DNA from: Vicugna vicugna
Lineage: Eukaryota
DNA: 64,000 nt
Reading direction: 5' to 3'
NCBI GenBank assembly: GCA_013265495.1
Contig: MU063123.1
Location: forward strand, 4,559,542-4,623,541
Below are positions 61,001 through 64,000 of this stretch, in pieces. The position numbers were made by a program, and so were the translations under genes. Position 1 is the stretch's first letter; every line of letters begins with the position of its first letter. Below the pieces are notes generated by a model. That model was not told the origin of the DNA, searched no databases, and saw only the letters and a program-made list of their open reading frames with translations.

Positions 61001-61380
61001 CCGTCACCCCCTGCTTGTCTTAGAATTCCGAGAGGAAGGCCCAGGAGAGAGACTGAAGTTAAGGTTATTGCATGATGACAAGCTTTGCAAGCTTCGTCTG
61101 AAAAGCACACTTGGGCTTCTGGGTGATTTGTCTTCCTTGCTGAGGGCACAATGCAGTCTTGTCCTCCTGGCTGCAGAGCAGCCAGCTGTGGATAAACTCA
61201 GCGCTCTGTGTTGGCTTCATGCACCCCGGGGGAGCTGCACTCATCTGCACTCTTGGCCAAGGAGAGGTCTTCCTAGGTCGGTGCCGCCAGGTGTGTCTCT
61301 GCCCGGCCTCATCGGCCTCTGTAACAGACCCTGGGCTTCCTGGATGGAGCTGGCAGTCGCTCTTGCTGGTGTCTGGGGCG

Positions 61381-61412
61381 GGAGGCCAGGAGGCCAGGAG
61401 GCCAGGAGGCCA
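61381..61412. repeat. (GGAGGCCA)x4 octamer tandem repeat
   Basis: Four exact units, read directly. Confidence 0.95.
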
Positions 61413-61899
61413 GGGAGACATCTATCTGGGTTGACAGGGCCAGGGGGCACCTGGCTGGGTAACAGGGAGACGCTGGCTGTTAGCTCAGGTGGGTTGTAAG
61501 CAGAGGCCACCCCTGACTCTGACTCCACTAGCTTTTCCTTTCGTGATGGAAAATGAGGGCTCTATTCGCAGCGGTTCAGGCCTGTCTGCCCAGATGAGTA
61601 TGGTTGGTTTGTGCAGCATCTGGATGTGACGAATGAGGTGATTTAGGCAGGTGGGGTGGGAAGGAGATTGCTAACCCCAGAGGAGCCCCTTACGGAGAAG
61701 GAAAATTACCAGCTGCGCTTACTCTGCGACTAGATGGAGGAAGGGCTTGTTCATTTTAGTCAGTCTAAAGGCAGTTTTTGGGGGAAGCTTGGGGAGAAAC
61801 GGAGGGAGGGACACCATCCCACGAGACCCCTGCCTGAAGGTGTCAGGTCCATTATACCTGGTGTATATATATCCAGCCACTAGGCATCTTAAGCCTGTG

Positions 61900-62350
61900 G
61901 GTGTTTATTCATTCAGCAAATATTTATTCAGTCCCTTCTGTGCTCCAGGAGCTTTCTAGACTCCAGCGGTACACAGATGAGAAAAACAAACACAGAGAAT
62001 GTCCTTGTGGAGTTCGGAGCCTGGTGGGGTGGAGCGGCCTTAATTAAATGGTTGCTGGGCGGGGCGTCGCAAGTTGCTATGAGAGTGTTTAGGAAGGGGT
62101 GGCATTGTGTAGGGGCTTCAGGAAGCCTTCCCTGGGGCACTTGGGGTCTGAAGGCTGAGCAGGGGTTGGGAGTGGGGAGAGAGCATTTCTGGCAGAGGGC
62201 ACAGCACGTGCAAAGCCCTGGAGTGGGACAGAGCAGGACATTCAGGACCCCAAAGAAGGCTGGAAAGTGGAGAGCAGAGAGAGGAGGGGTGTGGAAGAGG
62301 AGATGGAAAGGTCAGAAAGGGCCAGTCTCCTGAGGGTCTTGCAGGCCACC
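61900..62350 (-). mobile_element. L2 3' relic
   Basis: TTTATTCATTCAGCAAATATTTATT start, followed by GAGCATTTCTGGCAGAGGGCACAGCACGTGCAAAGCCCTGGAG. Confidence 0.7.
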
Positions 62351-62549
62351 CTTCCAGCCTGTTCCCCTAAGAGTGATGGGCAGCCATTGGAGGAGGGGGG
62401 GGGTTCAGCTTGGAAGTGGTGTGGTCCTGGGTGCTTCCCCAGACCCACTGAACCACCAATCCTAGACCCACTGAATCGGAACTTTTGGGGGGATGGGGGA
62501 CAGGGGTAGGAGTCAGCATTTTAAGCACAGGCTTCAGAGATTATTACAT

Positions 62550-63003
62550 GCACTAGATTAGTTTCTTTTGGCTGCAGTAACAAATTACCACAAACTGGGT
62601 GGTTTAAAACAACAGAAATGGAGGCCAGAAGTCTAAAGTCAGTTTCCCTGGGCTGAATCCAAGGGGTGGCAAGAACCTGTTCCCTCTGGAGGCTCTAAGG
62701 GAGAATTCATCCTTTGCCTCTTTCGGCTTCCAGGGCTGCTGGCGTTCCTTGACAGCATCACTCCTGTCTCTGCCTCTGTGGATACATTGCCTTCTCTGCT
62801 TTGGTCTGTTGTCAAATCTCCCTCTGCCTCCGTCTTACAAGGACACTTGTGATTACATTTAGGGCCACAGTCTTCCCATTTTAAGATCCTTAATGTAATC
62901 ACCCCTGCAAAGATCCCTTTCCCAAATAAGGTGTACACTACTTAAAGGTTTCAGAGATTAGGACTCGATATCTTTGGGGGACCACTTTCTAGCCCACCCC
63001 ACA
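62550..63003. mobile_element. MLT1-type (ERVL-MaLR) solo LTR
   Basis: GCTGCAGTAACAAATTACCACAAACTGGGTGGTTTAAAACAACAGAAAT...ACAAGGACACTTGTGATTACATTTAGGGCC...TTCCCAAATAAGG. Confidence 0.8.
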
Positions 63004-63169
63004 CACTGAGTTTCAAAATTACATATGTTCCACATCCTTAGGGTAGACCAGGCCTACGAAACTGGAGCCCTGAGAAAAGTGACTCATGCACAGTCACAGA
63101 GCCTGTTTCCCCTCTGGAGGTTAGAACCCTTCTCTTTCTGGTCCTGGTTCCAAGGAGAAATGATGGCTG

Positions 63170-63360
63170 ACATTTACTGTGTGCTTCTTCTGTACTGTTC
63201 TAAGCAAGTTCCATGTATGATCTCATCACTCTTCTAAATAACCCTGTAGAGTAGGTCCTACTATTATCTTCCATTTTACAGATGAGAAAATTAAGGGGAA
63301 GAGAGGTTAAATAACTTGCCCAAAATGGCAGAGCTAATTACTAGTGCAGTTGGACTAGAC
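63170..63360 (-). mobile_element. MIR SINE. Other MIR cores are visible near 3.7, 8.75, 11.0-11.7, 17.2, 22.7, 24.65, 28.8 and 42.4 kb
   Basis: CCATTTTACAGATGAGAAAATTAAGGGGAAGAGAGGTTAAATAACTTGCCCAA. Confidence 0.8.
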
Positions 63361-63876
63361 ACCCAGGTAAAGGCCAAAACCTTCATTCATAGGTTGATCT
63401 CCTTTGCTTGGGGTTACTCTGATCCACGCTGTGAATCACCCGTCTCTGATACTTTTGTCCTTCTAGCAAATATGGGACCAAACTTTTCTGGAAGGGAAGG
63501 AGACCCCTCTAACCCCTTCACCCTTCTCATCTCCATGATGGGGCCAATGGGAGGGAGGTCAGCAGTTCTGGCAAAGAGGTGAGAATGGGTGCTGTGATCC
63601 TAATGAATTTCTAATGGCCTGGGAGGGGCCCTGGAAGGTTCCCAGCCTCCAAATTGTCTGCTGAAAGGCAGAAGGAGAGGGTGGGGCAGATTCATTTGCA
63701 CCTTGAGTACATATTTGCTCCTGGCCGTGACTCTCCTCTCTGGAGCAGGGCCTCAGGTGAAATGTTTACCTGCCCCACCTCCCCTCCGTGCGGCCTTATA
63801 GCTCCCTTCCCAGTGGGGCAGGCTTCTGAGAGCACAGAGCAGCTCTGGCCTCTGTCTACCCTGCAGAGCCTTGACC

Positions 63877-64000
63877 ATGGCAGCCCTGGCGGCCCGAGTG
63901 TCCAAGCAGCGTGCGGCAGCTGAGGGCCTTGGCTCAAACCAGAAGGCCGTGAAGTACTTGGGCCAGGACTTCCAGACCCTGAGGCAGCGGTGCTTGGACT
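63877..64000 (+). CDS. CAPN8: Calpain-8 (nCL-2) coding exon 1, truncated by the window edge
   Basis: GACCATGG start, then MAALAARVSKQRAAAEGLGSNQKAVKYLGQDFQTLRQRCLD, matching my recollection of the CAPN8 N-terminus (GLGSNQ-A-KYLGQDF-TLRQ-CLD). Divergent orientation to CAPN2 is the known mammalian arrangement. Confidence 0.93.
   Translation, partial: MAALAARVSKQRAAAEGLGSNQKAVKYLGQDFQTLRQRCLD

Noticed and set aside
1-64000. CRISPR arrays, rRNA, snRNA/snoRNA genes, or a novel multi-gene system
   Set aside because: No regularly spaced repeat-spacer structure and no recognisable RNA gene; the window is explained by two calpain genes plus mammalian interspersed repeats.

Overview
Mammalian genomic DNA, probably from a camelid (inferred from eight tRNA-Ala(AGC)-derived SINEs matching my recollection of the Vic-1 family; no ruminant BovA-type SINEs were recognised). 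It holds the head-to-head calpain pair. CAPN2 (m-calpain large subunit) is on the minus strand: coding exons 1-9 lie between 32741 and 835, all bounded by GT-AG, giving 1135 nt in one open frame with the Cys105/His262/Asn286 triad intact; the gene continues off the left edge. CAPN8 exon 1 starts on the plus strand at 63877 and runs off the right edge. The rest is intron or intergenic DNA: a CpG-island promoter, MIR/L2/L1/MaLR/MER relics, six solo ERV1-type LTRs (five with visible 4-bp TSDs), microsatellites and two N-gaps. I found no evidence of a new gene or new biological system, and nearly all ORFs in the supplied track are chance or GC-shadow ORFs. The leads most worth checking are: T89/E90 substitutions in the CAPN2 PC1 calcium-binding loop; a dense nested LTR/SINE/MITE pile-up just upstream of the CAPN2 promoter; an intragenic CpG patch with a near-perfect CTCF motif; and an orphan CpG/Z-DNA/NRF1 element upstream of CAPN8. 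Repeat family names come from recalled consensus sequences, not a database search.
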